This document shows, piece after piece, positions 1 through 12,855 of a stretch of 50,547 nt of DNA. The notes below the pieces were generated by a model, which saw only the letters and a program-made list of their open reading frames with translations, was not told where the DNA came from and ran no database searches. Source of the DNA: Craspedostauros australis (lineage: Eukaryota). Made by a program: the position numbers and the translations under genes. Position 1 is the first letter of the stretch. Every line of letters begins with the position of its first letter. The DNA lies in NCBI GenBank assembly GCA_030167865.1, contig JALAGF010006167.1, forward strand, positions 1 to 50,547, read 5' to 3'.

Positions 1-282
1 AAGCGACTGATGGAGGGAGAATGTGTTGAGGCCGATGGGGGGTATGGTGGGCCCCATGTGCTGAAGCCAACCAGCTATGTGTCGAAGTCAAACAAACGAG
101 CTAAGTCCAATGCTCGTGCGCGCCATGAAACGATCAATCGGCAATTCAAGAGATGGGCGATCTTGGGGAGCACATACAGGTCAGATAGAGAACGCCATAA
201 GGCGGTGTTCAAAACAATTGCCTTTCTCACACAACTGTCTATTCAATCTGGAGGCTTCAGTCCATACCAAGTTAATTACTAG
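1..282 (+). mobile_element. C-terminal part of a PIF/Harbinger (IS5-like, DDE_Tnp_4) transposase; 5' part lies outside the window
   Basis: ORF 10..282 contains VEADGGY (catalytic D) and ARARHETINRQFKRWAIL (R-x-R-x-E, catalytic E), then 'H..VF..IA.LTQL', typical of this family. Confidence 0.8.
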
Positions 283-2641
283 AGTCAAGAGTGATCCACA
301 TCCTATTGAATGCCACAATCACTTCATCGTGTCGTCAACAGCTGCGCTGCCTTTTCGCAGACTACAGTATGCGTTCGACATTGGACTGACGAGCAGAAAT
401 CAAACACGAACGGGGTTTGTTGGTAGAACAGTGATACAACGTATTTTCCATAGAAATGACATATATGCATATTCCCCTCAACTCCCTGACCGTACTCACC
501 GCAAATGCTCCATCATCGTACCTGCCTCACTTCCGCGATGGTCAAACAAGAGAGGTTGTTGGCGTGCCTTTGCCTGGCGCATGGGGCGCGTGTTGGGGTG
601 TCTCCTGCTTCGCACCTTTTCCGGCTCCACACCTCCCCACGCTAACAGGTGGCGGACATGAAGACCTATATTTTGTTGGTACTGGTGCCTGCCAAAGTAG
701 TCGCAGTGTACTCGTACTCGTGATGTTACATAGGCGCGGAACGTGCTCCAACTTCGTGACCCCAAGGCGACGTGCCACAACGCTCTCTCGAGAATGGTAG
801 AGCATGCCTTTGTGTCACTCATGATGCGTTGAATCACATGTGCACATTCCTACTAAAACGAGCTGCGAGTCCGGTAAATCTTGTGATTCGAACACTGCAC
901 TCTACGCTGTGAACGAGCTGCTCTGCTGTGTCCTGTTGTTGGAACACAAAGCGAGAATAGAGGAGAGGCGCAGTACCATACTAAACGTATGGAGTATTGG
1001 ATGGTGCAGATCGGAGGTTCATTGCCTGTTCCACCATGGTTTATTTGTTGCTGTTAGCGTGCGCAACGCGCGGTGTTCTGTATGGTCCAAACATTACGTA
1101 CTCTACGAGCCGTTGTTCAAGTCACTCGTGTGCGCGCATTCGCGCTGGCCAACATTGAGGCCAATGCTGAGGTCGCCAACTCCACCATACGCAGCAACTG
1201 TGTCTGAGATGTCGCTGTGGGTTTGCGATCAAAACGAAATGGAGGCAACTTCGCATTCGCCCCTTGCCGTGAGCACAGCGAAGACAGGGACTGATCTGTG
1301 CAGTTTGCGAAGGTATGACGTATGGTGAGAGCGAGGGTAAACAAAGCCCAAAACACAGCTGGCGATTTGTGAAGCATCTCGTCACTGACACGAAGAACAC
1401 ATTCCGCGGACCGACGTGGCACGGGGCTAAGTTTACATTATCGTCATCTCCACAGCGGCACTCGCCAGTTCTGTCCATGGCGACAATTTCCAGACGTTGC
1501 GGTTTGTTGATGTCAGTGTTCCTCGTGGGAACTGCGCAACCTCCAGAATTTTGCCGCGCCACAAATGGCCTCAGTTCGCCGCGATCGTCGGAACGAGGTA
1601 CGAGGATGCACCACGCGAAAAATGGGTTGGAGATTCATACAAGTGGTAGTGCGCGTTCTGCGCGTTCGCAGCATGGAAGCGCCACTCCATGCACGTTGTT
1701 TGCATCTCTTCCAGCGAGGGTATTCATCTGTTTGCACGGTCGTCGTGAATGTTCTGTCAACTCTGCCCTTGGCAACAAACAAAAAGCAAGGACGAAGGAG
1801 CGGTTCTATTCGTGTTGCAACGTCACTCCTATGAATACTTGCTGCCTATTTTGGGTGTTGCGTATTGTGCTTGTGCTTGTGGTCGTGGTCGTAGCCGTGG
1901 CTCGTATCAAAACCAAGATCTCGGCGAAGAGTTATTCGAGACATGTGTTGGTAGTTCGGTAGTATGGGAGTCTGTGTTTCAAAGCGTTTGTACCAAACAC
2001 TGCGAGTGTGATTATCACTCAAGATGGTCCTCTACGAAGAACATGCCAATGTCGTGTGAAGAAGCCACATCTGCCTGCGCCTTTCCATAGCGTCAGTGGT
2101 CCCTGTACCTCCAGCGAGCGCGATTCTGTTGATGTCAGATGAAAGCAATCTGAGAGATGTTTTTTCCATCTCCTCTCGCCTCTTCTCCTCACCAAAGCGC
2201 CGTCGTCGAACAGAAGCACATCGGCATCCCTGAAATCCGTGCCCATCGAATAATTTGTGGGCTGTCGGTATTGCACGATGAGGTGGATGGCAGCATTCGC
2301 ATCATACGACCTACGCAATGGGTATTCCAAATCAAGTGCATTCGTAATGCCTGCTACTGCAATGTAGTCTTACTGTATCCGCATCATGATGATATTCCGC
2401 TGGGCTGTGTCCGCAAGAAATGGCCAAGCGAAGGGTTTGGAGAGTCTGACATTCCTGAAGGTCCTCTGGCTCGTACTGCCGAACTCTACGTTTCTCTATC
2501 ATGTTGTGTGATGCGAATACGGTGATCGGACGAAGGATAATGGAGTAGAGTGGAAAATGTTACATTGTATCGTCGGTTTGCTATGGTATGTGCTGAATGT
2601 TTACAGATCTCTCTCGCCGCCTTGCGGACAAGATATGTACA

Positions 2642-2666
2642 ATCGATCGATCGATCGATCGATCGT
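2642..2666. repeat. Self-complementary (ATCG)n microsatellite
   Basis: atcgatcgatcgatcgatcgatcg read directly. Confidence 0.9.
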
Positions 2667-2835
2667 CGGAGGAGCGCGTGTAGTTAGCAGAACACGCATG
2701 TTGCAGTATAAGCACGAGAAGCATAGAGTATACCATGGTATACTCGTACTGCAATGCATTGGAGAATGACATCTTCATGACATCTTCGCCGGACTCCAAT
2801 GGCCGCTCGTGGTGGTGCTAGCTGTTCCATCATCG

Positions 2836-5025
2836 TCACTCATTCCTTTCGGTATTGGCGCTTGGAGCCGCGGCTGCATTTGTGTTGCTCGTGCTACCGC
2901 CAGTGTTGTTGATGTTGTTGCTGTTCAGGATGGAGAGCAACGAAAGAAGGGCCCTCGCACGCGTGTTGTCCTGATCCTGCCCCATGTACTGCATCATGGC
3001 AGCTTGCTGAGGATGAAATGAGAGCGGGAGTGCTGGAGTTCCTTGAGGCACCACAGAACCCGCCAATCCGGTAGGAGTCGTTGACGTCGTCGTGGATGCC
3101 GATCTTGTTACAGGTGCTGGTGCTGGCATGCTCGTAGGTGTGGTCGCTGGCGCTGGTGCTGTCGTCGTCATCGCGGGCGGTGCTGCGAGCATGCCAGCTG
3201 GAACGGGAAAGCCGCTGGATTCCAGCAGCCTTGCAATCAGTTGCTGCTGGTGCAGGGTCTGGCTTGCAGCGTCGATGCCACCTCCTGCTGCTGCTGCTGC
3301 CGTTGCTGCTGGTGACGATGATATCGCGTTGTTCAACATATCAGTGGGGTTGGTGTGAATCTGAGATGATAGAAGCTGGTGTTGGTGGATTGCCGACAGT
3401 CCAGGTGCTGGCGTTGAAGGCTGTGCTTGTGCTTGCGCTTGCATCTGCATCTGAAAATGTGCTTGCGCTTGGGCCTGAGCTTGCGCCTGAGCAGACACCC
3501 CGGCCTGCGCTTGCATCTGAGCCTGTGGATTGATGGCATTCAAGGACTGGAGAGCCTGCATCAACGCTGTCTGTTGCGAAGCCGCAATAAGCAAGGAGTC
3601 CAATGCGGTCCCGGTGTGGGCAATCGGAGAGGAGAACAAGGGCAATGAAAGCTGACCTGGAGTCCCAATGCCCAGATCCGACGCTGGCATGACCCCACCC
3701 AAGGATGCAGCAGTAGCCGCGCCAACAGTCGTCGGCAGCGCCGTCCTCGGCTGCCCCGTGGCTGAAAGTGCCAATCTAGTTTGGCCTGCGTGATTCAAGA
3801 CACCCCCTGCACCAGGTTCAACGGATGCTTGGCCTGGGATTCTTGCATCTCGTTGCGATGCATCGTTTGGAATCTCCGTGTCTTGCATGCTGGTGCTCTC
3901 CCCCTTGTATCTGACATACACATGCTCTGGCACACCGTGGGTTGTTCCCGCAGTGCCAATGTTGCCAGCAGTACCAGCGTGATGGTTGGTCCCACCGAGG
4001 CCACTGTTTGCTACGTCATTGGTTCGACTTGCTCGTCTCCCAGAAGTCGGCAGTTGCTGCTGCGCGGACGTTCTGCCTTCCGGTTGCGATGCGACCTTTT
4101 GCGACTTGATCATGGTGATTGGCCCCATCTCAGATGACAGCATGCGAGCTGTTTGATGCGCCAAAAGGTTTTTGGCGCCCTGCATGAGAATACTGTGCTG
4201 AGGGAGTTTCGGTTGCGATTCTTTCGAGCTTATCGAATGCTGCTGTTCGTGATGGTCTTCTTCTTCATCGGAAGAGTCGTGAGAAGTTCCTCGTTGTTGT
4301 TGTTGTTGTTGTTGTTGCTGCGTTTGTGTTGGGTTGGGCCGTTGCTGACTGGCCGTGGATGATTCACGCTTGCGCTTGCTCCTGGCTCCCTTGGTGTCGA
4401 TCTTGGTCTCCTCCTTCTTGTAGCACACGTACCGCAGAGCCTGCTTGACCTTCTCGATGGCGATGCTGTCTGGCGCGATCTCGTAGGCCACCTTGTGCGG
4501 AATCCTGCGCATCTTGAGCTCGTTGCGCGAGAGCTTGCTGAGGAACCGGCCGTTCTTCCCCTTAACGCTGTTGACCGCGTTCCTCACGATGGCGCTCTTG
4601 GCCTTCCTGCTGGAGGTCGCAACGTACTCGTCCTTGCAGCGCTCCACGGTGGTGCGGAACTCGACGTTGCCGTTGTTGTTGTTTGGTCCTGTCCCCCTAC
4701 CAAGCAACACGTCGTGCGGCCCGAGCTTGAGCACGTACTTTCCAGACGCAGTGACAATCGTCCCACCTCTGCCGCTGTTTCTGCCACCACCAGCATTGCC
4801 ACTGCCAGTATTGCCATCACCGTCACCAGTAGCAGCAGCAGGTGCTGGACCTGCAGCCGACATTGCAGTAGATACAGCAGCAGCAGCAGACGCAACAGTA
4901 GACGCTACAGCTCTAATCTTCTCCTCGTTGGGATCCGTCGCATCACCGTCAACCTCTGTGTTAGAGCACTCCTCCTCCTCCGTGTCGCTGCCTTCGTCTT
5001 GATTGTGGCGATTGTTGGTATTCAT
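2836..5025 (-). CDS. DUF6824-type protein (diatom-expanded) with long Q/A/T-rich disordered C-terminus, 729 aa
   Basis: Motif HDVLLGRG...GNVEFR...Y...K..IV..V....GRFL...YE......EKVKQALR at ~4430-4720; intact ATG-to-stop ORF. Confidence 0.85.
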   Translation of the reverse strand: MNTNNRHNQDEGSDTEEEECSNTEVDGDATDPNEEKIRAVASTVASAAAAVSTAMSAAGPAPAAATGDGDGNTGSGNAGGGRNSGRGGTIVTASGKYVLKLGPHDVLLGRGTGPNNNNGNVEFRTTVERCKDEYVATSSRKAKSAIVRNAVNSVKGKNGRFLSKLSRNELKMRRIPHKVAYEIAPDSIAIEKVKQALRYVCYKKEETKIDTKGARSKRKRESSTASQQRPNPTQTQQQQQQQQQRGTSHDSSDEEEDHHEQQHSISSKESQPKLPQHSILMQGAKNLLAHQTARMLSSEMGPITMIKSQKVASQPEGRTSAQQQLPTSGRRASRTNDVANSGLGGTNHHAGTAGNIGTAGTTHGVPEHVYVRYKGESTSMQDTEIPNDASQRDARIPGQASVEPGAGGVLNHAGQTRLALSATGQPRTALPTTVGAATAASLGGVMPASDLGIGTPGQLSLPLFSSPIAHTGTALDSLLIAASQQTALMQALQSLNAINPQAQMQAQAGVSAQAQAQAQAQAHFQMQMQAQAQAQPSTPAPGLSAIHQHQLLSSQIHTNPTDMLNNAISSSPAATAAAAAGGGIDAASQTLHQQQLIARLLESSGFPVPAGMLAAPPAMTTTAPAPATTPTSMPAPAPVTRSASTTTSTTPTGLAGSVVPQGTPALPLSFHPQQAAMMQYMGQDQDNTRARALLSLLSILNSNNINNTGGSTSNTNAAAAPSANTERNE

Positions 5026-8000
5026 GTGAGCATGGGCGATTTCTGGTTGGAGGTGGTGTGTAGTCGCAGGCGGTTCCTTGGTTGGTTGGTTTCTTCAGTG
5101 CTTTGATGGTTCAATGGTTTGATGGTTCAATGGTTGAGAGAGTGAGTGAGTGAATGACTGAAGGGGATTGTACGAGTTTGCAGATTGGATGGTTGCCAAG
5201 GTCCCAGGAGAAGCCTATTGCTCTCGAAAGCGGATGGTCTCGATGGATGAGCAATGAATCTGCGTTTGATGATTGTGTCTTTGTTTGTGTCGGTGTTTGT
5301 GTCTGCGTTTGATGATTGTCGATTGTCGATTGTCGAATACCGAGTACGGTGTGGTATTGTTCTCTGCTCTGCTATGTTGTGTCGTGCAAATACTCCAATG
5401 GGATGGGAGGGGATGGTGAGTGGAGTATTGGTATGGATGGTATGAATGGTGGGAAGTAAGTTTTGGAGTACCGGTTGCCTTGTGGTTGTGGGCGGCGATG
5501 GGGCAACGTGGCTTCGTTGGGGCTCCTGGTTGGCTGTTTGCGCAGGTTGTGGAAGGTGCGGAAGGTATGGAAGGTATGGATTCGGCACTGCAATGCAACG
5601 ACTTTTGGCGTTGTTGTTGTTGTCGCTGCTGGTATTGTTTCGGTCAAAGTCAACAGCGCTTACTTCCTGTTCAGCACACACACTTGTTCGACTTCCGGTT
5701 TCTGCTTCGGTTTGGTGTAGTTTCGTTTCGTTTGCTTTGCTTTGCTTTGCTTTGGGCTCTCTTGGCCCAGATTGGCGCGGTGATGATGGCTTGTTTGCCT
5801 TCGTTCCCTCTCGCTATCGCCGATCAAAGAACCTCTTTGTGCACAACGCTGTGCCACAATAGGTGACGCACGCACCGTTACCGACTGCTTCTACCACTCT
5901 CGCCAGTATCGGTGCTGCTACGCGAACACACCGTGGCGCGCACCGCGCTCTCGTCTCGTGTGTTGTTCGTGCCCAACCAACCGCACGCACGAGCGCGGCG
6001 ATGTGATGCGGGTACCTCCGACAAAGTCAACGTTTGTGCTCGTCCCCTACCCAACACACACAACACGGTCCAACGCAAACACGTACGAAACCAATCGACA
6101 AACCGGGAGCTCGTCCTTTTCTTGTTGCACCAGCCAATCGCGTGTCTTTTCTGTGGATGTTGTGTTGTCCTCGGTTCTCATGCGGGGTGGAATCGTATGT
6201 GCGTGAACACGTTGCGCGAGCGTACGAGGCATCGCCTTTTGTCGTGTCCATCCAATTTGTTCAAAACCATCGACGGAACACAGAAAAAATCTGCCGAAGT
6301 ACTCGAAAGTACATGAGAGAACATCAACGAAGGTACAGAACATGACAATATTGAACTCGAGTATCGGTCACCATGGCGTCACATAACACGTTTTAACAAT
6401 GGAAAGTAGGTGCCGCTCAACCTGTTAGCACACGTCATCGCAATTAGAGCACTTCCGCGCATCAACATCGAATAAATGATCTCAACAGCAACAACATGGT
6501 TTTTGGATGGTACAGACGACCATAGATGTTGACGCCTGTTCGTGAACTCTCCCACAGAACACCTTCATTTGTGCCTCTTAGTACTTTCTCTACGATCATG
6601 ACTGCGTCTACCACTCATTCTTCTGCCCCGCTTCGCGGCAGGGCTACTGGCGAGGGACGACCAACGCGTGTGGTACTGACTCTCCTTTGGTTCTACTTGC
6701 ACAAACTATCATGGCGGGAAGGAACAAGGGTCGAGAGGTCGAGAGGGCCACGCACCTCGTTTCGCTTCTTTTGGGGATCCAACAGGTGCAAAGAACCCGG
6801 AGGGAACCTGGAGCAGCCGACAAACACCTTGCAACAGATGGGTGCTGTTCCGGGGTGGACTGGCTGTTCGGAACAACACAAACAACACAAGACGAGGCAT
6901 TGGCAAGGGCCATGGCTCCCGTGATGTATGGCTGTATCATCTGCCTGCGTAGGCCGTACTTGGACAAATACCATCTACAAAAGCGGGTGCCTGTGTCGGC
7001 CATCAACACCAGCATCAATCTCTCACCATAGCTGCATTGGTGGGGGCGGGCTCGTGCATACTATTTCTCAATTAGACTACGAGTACTCGTGCCATGCCAC
7101 AGCTCGTCCTCGAAGGTATTAGAGAATACATTAAGATCACACGATCGGGAAAAGCGGAAGCTGGATGCAACCACTCTACTATAACTCGTACTGGATTCCC
7201 TCATCTGCTCTTTTCTCTCTGCGAAGAGAGAGCCGTCTCTGTGGAACGCAGTGGATGGCATGCACTCGCAGTTGTGTCGTACGACCACGACCACGAGTAC
7301 GAGCAAGAGCATGTTTGGAGAGGAGCAGAGGGGTCGCCATTGCTCCCAGCCTCTCTTTCTTGTTTCTCTCGCCTCTTTGCCTTCGTACAGACGACATGAT
7401 CGTCTGTTGTGTGGAGCATAGTAACATATGCGAGGGCAAGTAACGCAAGAGTACTCTGGAGTACCTTCCACGACAAAACACCACTATCCCTCTCGCTCGC
7501 ACACTGGTATGGTTTGGATTCTTTCCTCCCGAAAGTCCTCCATCTCATTCCGCGAGCGATGCCATGGCATCTTTGCAACCCGATGGCTGCTTCCTAACTC
7601 TTCTCCACAGCGATTCTTGTACTTGTCCCCCTCTCTGTGCAATCACAATCGTGTTGGTTTCCATCTGCCACGAATTGGGACGCATGCGGCACCTCCTTTT
7701 GCCTTGAAGCATGTGCGTCTTCTTGGGGTGAATTGGGCAAACTTCCGTCTTCGTCTCCGTCCTCTTGCGAAATGCTTCGATCCACATCTACTCGCACGAC
7801 TACTTCGTTCAATACACGACCACACCAATGTGGGCGTTCAGCACCGACTACCAATCATGTGGATCTCGTCTGTGCTCGTATGCCAGGCGTATACAGTACT
7901 AGCGCGGTAGCAATGCATGTGGAGGGTACACTGCGAGTACAATTTGGAATGTGAGCAGAACGCTTTTGTGTTTTGGACGTCTCCTCGTCGATAATCGCGG

Positions 8001-9001
8001 CACAAACGCAAAGTACACGGGAATGCGCAAGTGCGGACTGCCCGTCTTGACCAATGCCAAATGATGCCGTCGCAACATCAAGTAGCGTACGTACAGGGGA
8101 CAAGCCCAAGGATCAGCTCATGTCAGGCACGCCGATCTCAGCGAAAGCATGGTGGCACCAAATCTGAGAGCGAAACCGGTTCTTGGTCACGGCGAGCCAT
8201 GAGTTGTGAGAACCGCATCCACCGGCGGCATTCATGTCGTTCAAAACGTTGCGGTGGATTGCGCATGTGTTGATCTGCTCTGACTGCGAGTCAAGTGCTC
8301 AACGTGCAATTCGTGAGGGCGGCCATCTGGGTACGCTTATTCGTTTGGCAGTACAAGTATGCATGATACTCTATGCCACATGAAAACGAATTGATGGGAA
8401 GGCTGCGTGTCGGGATCGCCAGAGAGTGGAGACGTTTCATGTCCATGGTCTCTCGCGTGCTGCGAACACTTCAACAAGTTCGCACGCCAGTGACCGCGAT
8501 TGAAATCAAGAGAACGTATCCGTGAATGGACTCTGTGCAGTTTTTGGTCATTCCCGTCAACATGTGTTTTCATGGTATCATGTCAGTATTGGTACTACGA
8601 GTATACTCCACAATTTCGTGACTGTCCGAAGCAGCGGCAAATACATTATTTCATTACTATCCTGCTGATCTTGGAGCATGCTTCGAAAGTACGACAGAGG
8701 CGACCACAACATTCAGTCACGAATGATCTGTCGCGGATACAAGAGCCAACCGTGAACAAGTTCTCAAAAAAACGAGATCCACACCAACGATTCAAATGTG
8801 ATGGGTGGGGTGGATGGACATGATGTATTCTCACAAACGTATTATACGAGCCAACTCGTGCTCCGCCGCTCTGTATCGCATCATACTGGCGGCGAGGAAG
8901 AGAGGGAGAGAGCGACAGAGTGATAGGGAGGTGGAGAGACACCATAACTGAAAGTGAGCCACGTTGCATTCCAACATAGAGCATAGCCCACCACAATCAA
9001 C

Positions 9002-10779
9002 ATGGAATCGTCAGCGACGAGCGATGAGAGGAGGAAGCGCCAGAATCAATCAGCAGACGTGGAAGGTGATGCCGATGGCCCGGAAAGCGGTGCAACGCCA
9101 AAGTACGGAACTCAGGAGTACTGGGAGGAACGTTATCGCAAACGACCTCCTAAATCTCGAAAGGTGAATGGCGAAGTGGATGAAGAGACGCAACGGGACG
9201 AGGAGAAGGCATCTGATGATGCGGACAAGGTCGATGACGGCGAGGATCAAGAACCCGAGCCTGATCATGCTTGGTACTTCAGCTATTCGGACTTGGAACC
9301 AATCTTGCTTCCATTGATATTCGGAGATGATGATGATGAGGAGGAGCAGGAGGTCGAGATGATCGAAGAGGAGGAGGGAGACGAAGCAACAGCAGATCAA
9401 AATGAAGACGGCAAGGATGACGGCAAGGGTGAAGGAAGATCAAAAGAGGAAGGACAGCCGAAGGAGGAAGAAGGAAGCGGACGCTGCGCTGGAACGGAAA
9501 AATCCAGCGATGGTACGATCCGCAAGAAGGAAGAGGGCTATCGGGATGAGGAAGAAGCGGATGCTGGAAATGTGGGCGGTGACTGTGCCGGTGATGTCTC
9601 CTCGTGCGGTGCAACGGGCACAGATCACAAACATGACCATGGTCACCAACATGAGCACAAACATGATCACGATCACAGCCACAACAACAGCCACGAACAT
9701 GACCAGGATCATGACAACAAGCACGACGATGACGACAACCACGACCACAATCATGATCACGATCATGCCGATGATGACAATGACAACGACGTGGAAGAGG
9801 AAGAGGAAGGGGAAGAAGTGGAGATTGAAGAGATCGAAGTTGAAGGAGACGACGAAGGACCACCAACCCGCGAAGGTCTCTGCAAGAATGGTCCCGTGAG
9901 CGTGATCGAAATTGGATGTGGCGACGTGCCATTGGGCAGAGACTTGGTTCAAAGCGTCCGCTCGCATCTTTCCGCAACAAAATCGTCCGCCGCCCTCAAG
10001 GACATCCTTGAAACCGTCGTGTGCACCGACTACAGCGACGCCGTCATCCAGCAAATGAACGAGGAGCAGGCACCATCATCGTCTTCGGATGATCCGCTGC
10101 AATATGTCACGGCCGATTGTCGCAAGCTGACCAAATACGCAGACTGCACCTTTGATTTGATTTTGGAAAAGGGAACATTGGATGCGATGCTTTCGAATGA
10201 TTCCGAAGATGCGGGCGTGCAGAACTGCCGTGAGATCATGGCGGAATGCTCGCGGTTGTTGAAACCGGGAGGTACGTACCATGCGCAATTCCAAGATGTG
10301 CCAGATATCCTGTGGCGCCGTCCATTTGTGGCGTACGTAGTGTCGATTGCACGTCATTGAAGTTTGCTCAACACCCAAGACTGCTCTTTCTGCATATCTC
10401 ACACTTCTGCTGCTGATGATGATCGCGCTATTGCCGTGCTCTCCGTCTCTTCTGAACCAATTTATACACATTCATCGCAACGCATACACGTACCAAAGGC
10501 GTGATGCTCGTGGTCTCCCATCTGAATGCCCACGTGCAGAAAGGTCTGGATTGGCTGGAGAGAGTCGTCCTGCCGGGCTTGCGTAGGAAAATAGGCAAGA
10601 ATGCCACTGAATCCACGGGTTCGTTCGAAATTGAAGTGCACGGTAACGGGCCTGATGAGGCAAGTGAGGAGGAAGAAGAGCCGGAGGTCGGACCTGGCGT
10701 GTACATTATTCACAAACACAAGACCGAGGACACCGATGAAGAAAAAGCCACGATCCCTTTGAAGTTCTTCAGCTACTGA
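9002..10779 (+). CDS. Class I SAM-dependent methyltransferase, EEF1AKMT4/METTL13-N-like; exons 9002-10271 and 10499-10779
   Basis: YGTQEYWEERY, HAWY, VIEIGCG, CTDYS and FDLILEKGTLDAM motifs. Intron 10272-10498 (GTACGT...AAAG) joins LLKPG-G-VMLVVSH in frame. Confidence 0.85.
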
Positions 10780-11064
10780 TTTGTGACAGGCGAATGGAGC
10801 AACGTCGCCACAAGAGGGCGGGGGTAGGGGAAACCAGAGCAAAGCTACACGAACGTCACCGATCCTACCCTACGAGTGCAGTTCTGTGTGCACGATGTAC
10901 GAGTATGACACCGTTGGTTTTCAAAAATGATCTGTGTTTTTTACTCATTTGTGTGTGGCATTACATCTCTATGTTGTCTATTGTGTCATACCCTGCAAGT
11001 ATGGCTCCGCGCATTTGTGCAATTGCATTCGGCCACGCCGTGTTGCGCCGACCGCATCACCTCC

Positions 11065-11463
11065 TCACGACAGGATGGCGGGACGCACGTTGTTCGACTC
11101 GGCATGCTGCGTTGGCCGCCGGCGACTTCTGCGCTCGCGGCGTTCGTTCAATCTGGGATGCGCCATGATGGTGGCCGAACTGCGCTTGGGCTGCACTTCG
11201 CGACGGATGACACCCGATGACCGACGTCCTGCGATGGCATGATGCGAGACACGTCGCGGGCGGGGACGTGGCGCTGCTTGTTGCGATTCCCTGCGTCGGC
11301 TGAAGCGTTGCGCCACTGCATGATCTTCAATCGCGACCACCGTATCAGTCGCATTCTTGAGGATGGACTTGGGCTGTGAGGTTCGTCGCTTGCGGGCTGT
11401 GCGCTTGAGGGGGGCAGCGTTCTGCTGCTGTTGCTGCTGTTGCTGTTGCTGTGCTGTGTACAT
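11065..11463 (-). CDS. Hypothetical basic protein with N-terminal polyQ, 132 aa
   Basis: ATG-initiated ORF with polyQ and a 'KSILK' motif, divergent from AlaRS; no recognisable domain. Confidence 0.4.
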   Translation of the reverse strand: MYTAQQQQQQQQQQNAAPLKRTARKRRTSQPKSILKNATDTVVAIEDHAVAQRFSRRRESQQAAPRPRPRRVSHHAIAGRRSSGVIRREVQPKRSSATIMAHPRLNERRERRSRRRPTQHAESNNVRPAILS

Positions 11464-12314
11464 GATGGAGGATAGTGGAATAGGTAGTCCTGTTTTGTAT
11501 GTGTCCGTGATGATCTTTGATCTTCGGTTGACTGCTGTATTGATTGCTGGACTCTGGGGCTTGTGAGGATGTTGATTTTATGAGCACAGCAACCTCATCG
11601 CTCCCAGGCAGAGCACCTCTGAGTGCAGGGCTGATGCCACAACCAGACACGCGGTCCCGAATTTCGGCATTCGGCACAACCTTGTGCATCTTCAGGACTC
11701 AAGGGAATGTCAATCGCGCAAAGAAGAACCTTGCTGGTTGGTTTGGTGTTGTTCTGCGCTGTGTGTGTGTGTTGTGGTGGCTTGTGGTAAGACCAATTGT
11801 GCGATTGTTACCTGTCAACTCCAATCAAGCCTGAGTTTTCACGATTAAAGTCTTTCTCCATGCAATTGTTCCAATCACACACAATATCATGGGATTGGAT
11901 GTATCCCACGAGTCACGTATAGAACATAAACACGAAATGGCGTCTGTGCTTCTCTTCGAATGTGCGTCACACACTTTGGATGACGAACAGACAACTCATC
12001 ACAATCCATTTCTCTCTCCCCCTTGCGTGTGACGTTACGCAAAAAATCTGTTCTGCTGTTTGCGGACGTGTTAAATTCCGCATCTGCGAGGATCTGCGTT
12101 GTTGTGTTGATGGGTCGAGCCTCAACCACCATCACCACCATCATCAGTTCCAAACACCACTGTCATCACCAGCGACATCAACGTCAGACATCACATTCTG
12201 GAGCCTCATCACAAATCAATCAAAGATACTCCAGATACTCCAGATACTTACTTCTGCAAGGAAACAGAAGGGCAGAGAAACGGAAGACTGAGAATTGAGA
12301 GAGAAGATTGAGAG

Positions 12315-12824
12315 ATGCGCTTCACGCTTTCGCTTCCAACGGCAGCCGCGACGACGATGATGATGATGATGTTGGCTGCAGTCTCGCGGGGTTCTCGCCA
12401 TGGCGTTGCGCTGGCATTCGAGCTTGCCTACACGCCATCATCGTTGGTATCCAAGCGATCCTTCGCTGCCAAGCGGGCATCCGCAACTGCGATTCACAAG
12501 GCGTTTTCATCCCCCACGCAGCTGCGCGCGACAGCAGAAGAGGATGGCAACTCCATCGAATGGTCCACAGCAAAGGTCCGATCCACCTTCTGCGAATTCT
12601 TTGAGGAACGCGATCACTTCCTGCAACCCAGCTCGCCTTGCGTTCCCGTCAACGATCCCACCCTGCTCTTCGCCAACGCCGGAATGAATCAGTTCAAGCC
12701 CATCTTCTTGGGACAGGTCGATCCCTCGAGTCCCTTGGCGGCCTTGAAGCGCGCCACCAACTCTCAGAAATGCATCCGCGCCGGCGGCAAGCACAACGAT
12801 CTTGAGGACGTCGGCCGCGATACG

Positions 12825-12855
<31 letters not shown>

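Noticed and set aside
1300..2530. Possible degenerate gene fragments (215-aa ORF at 1315; 103-aa ORF at 2019-2330)
   Set aside because: No recognisable family; cannot be supported without a search.
5100..8990. Many 60-180-aa ORFs between the DUF6824 gene and the methyltransferase
   Set aside because: Overlapping in all frames, low complexity, with no motifs or convincing splice structure.
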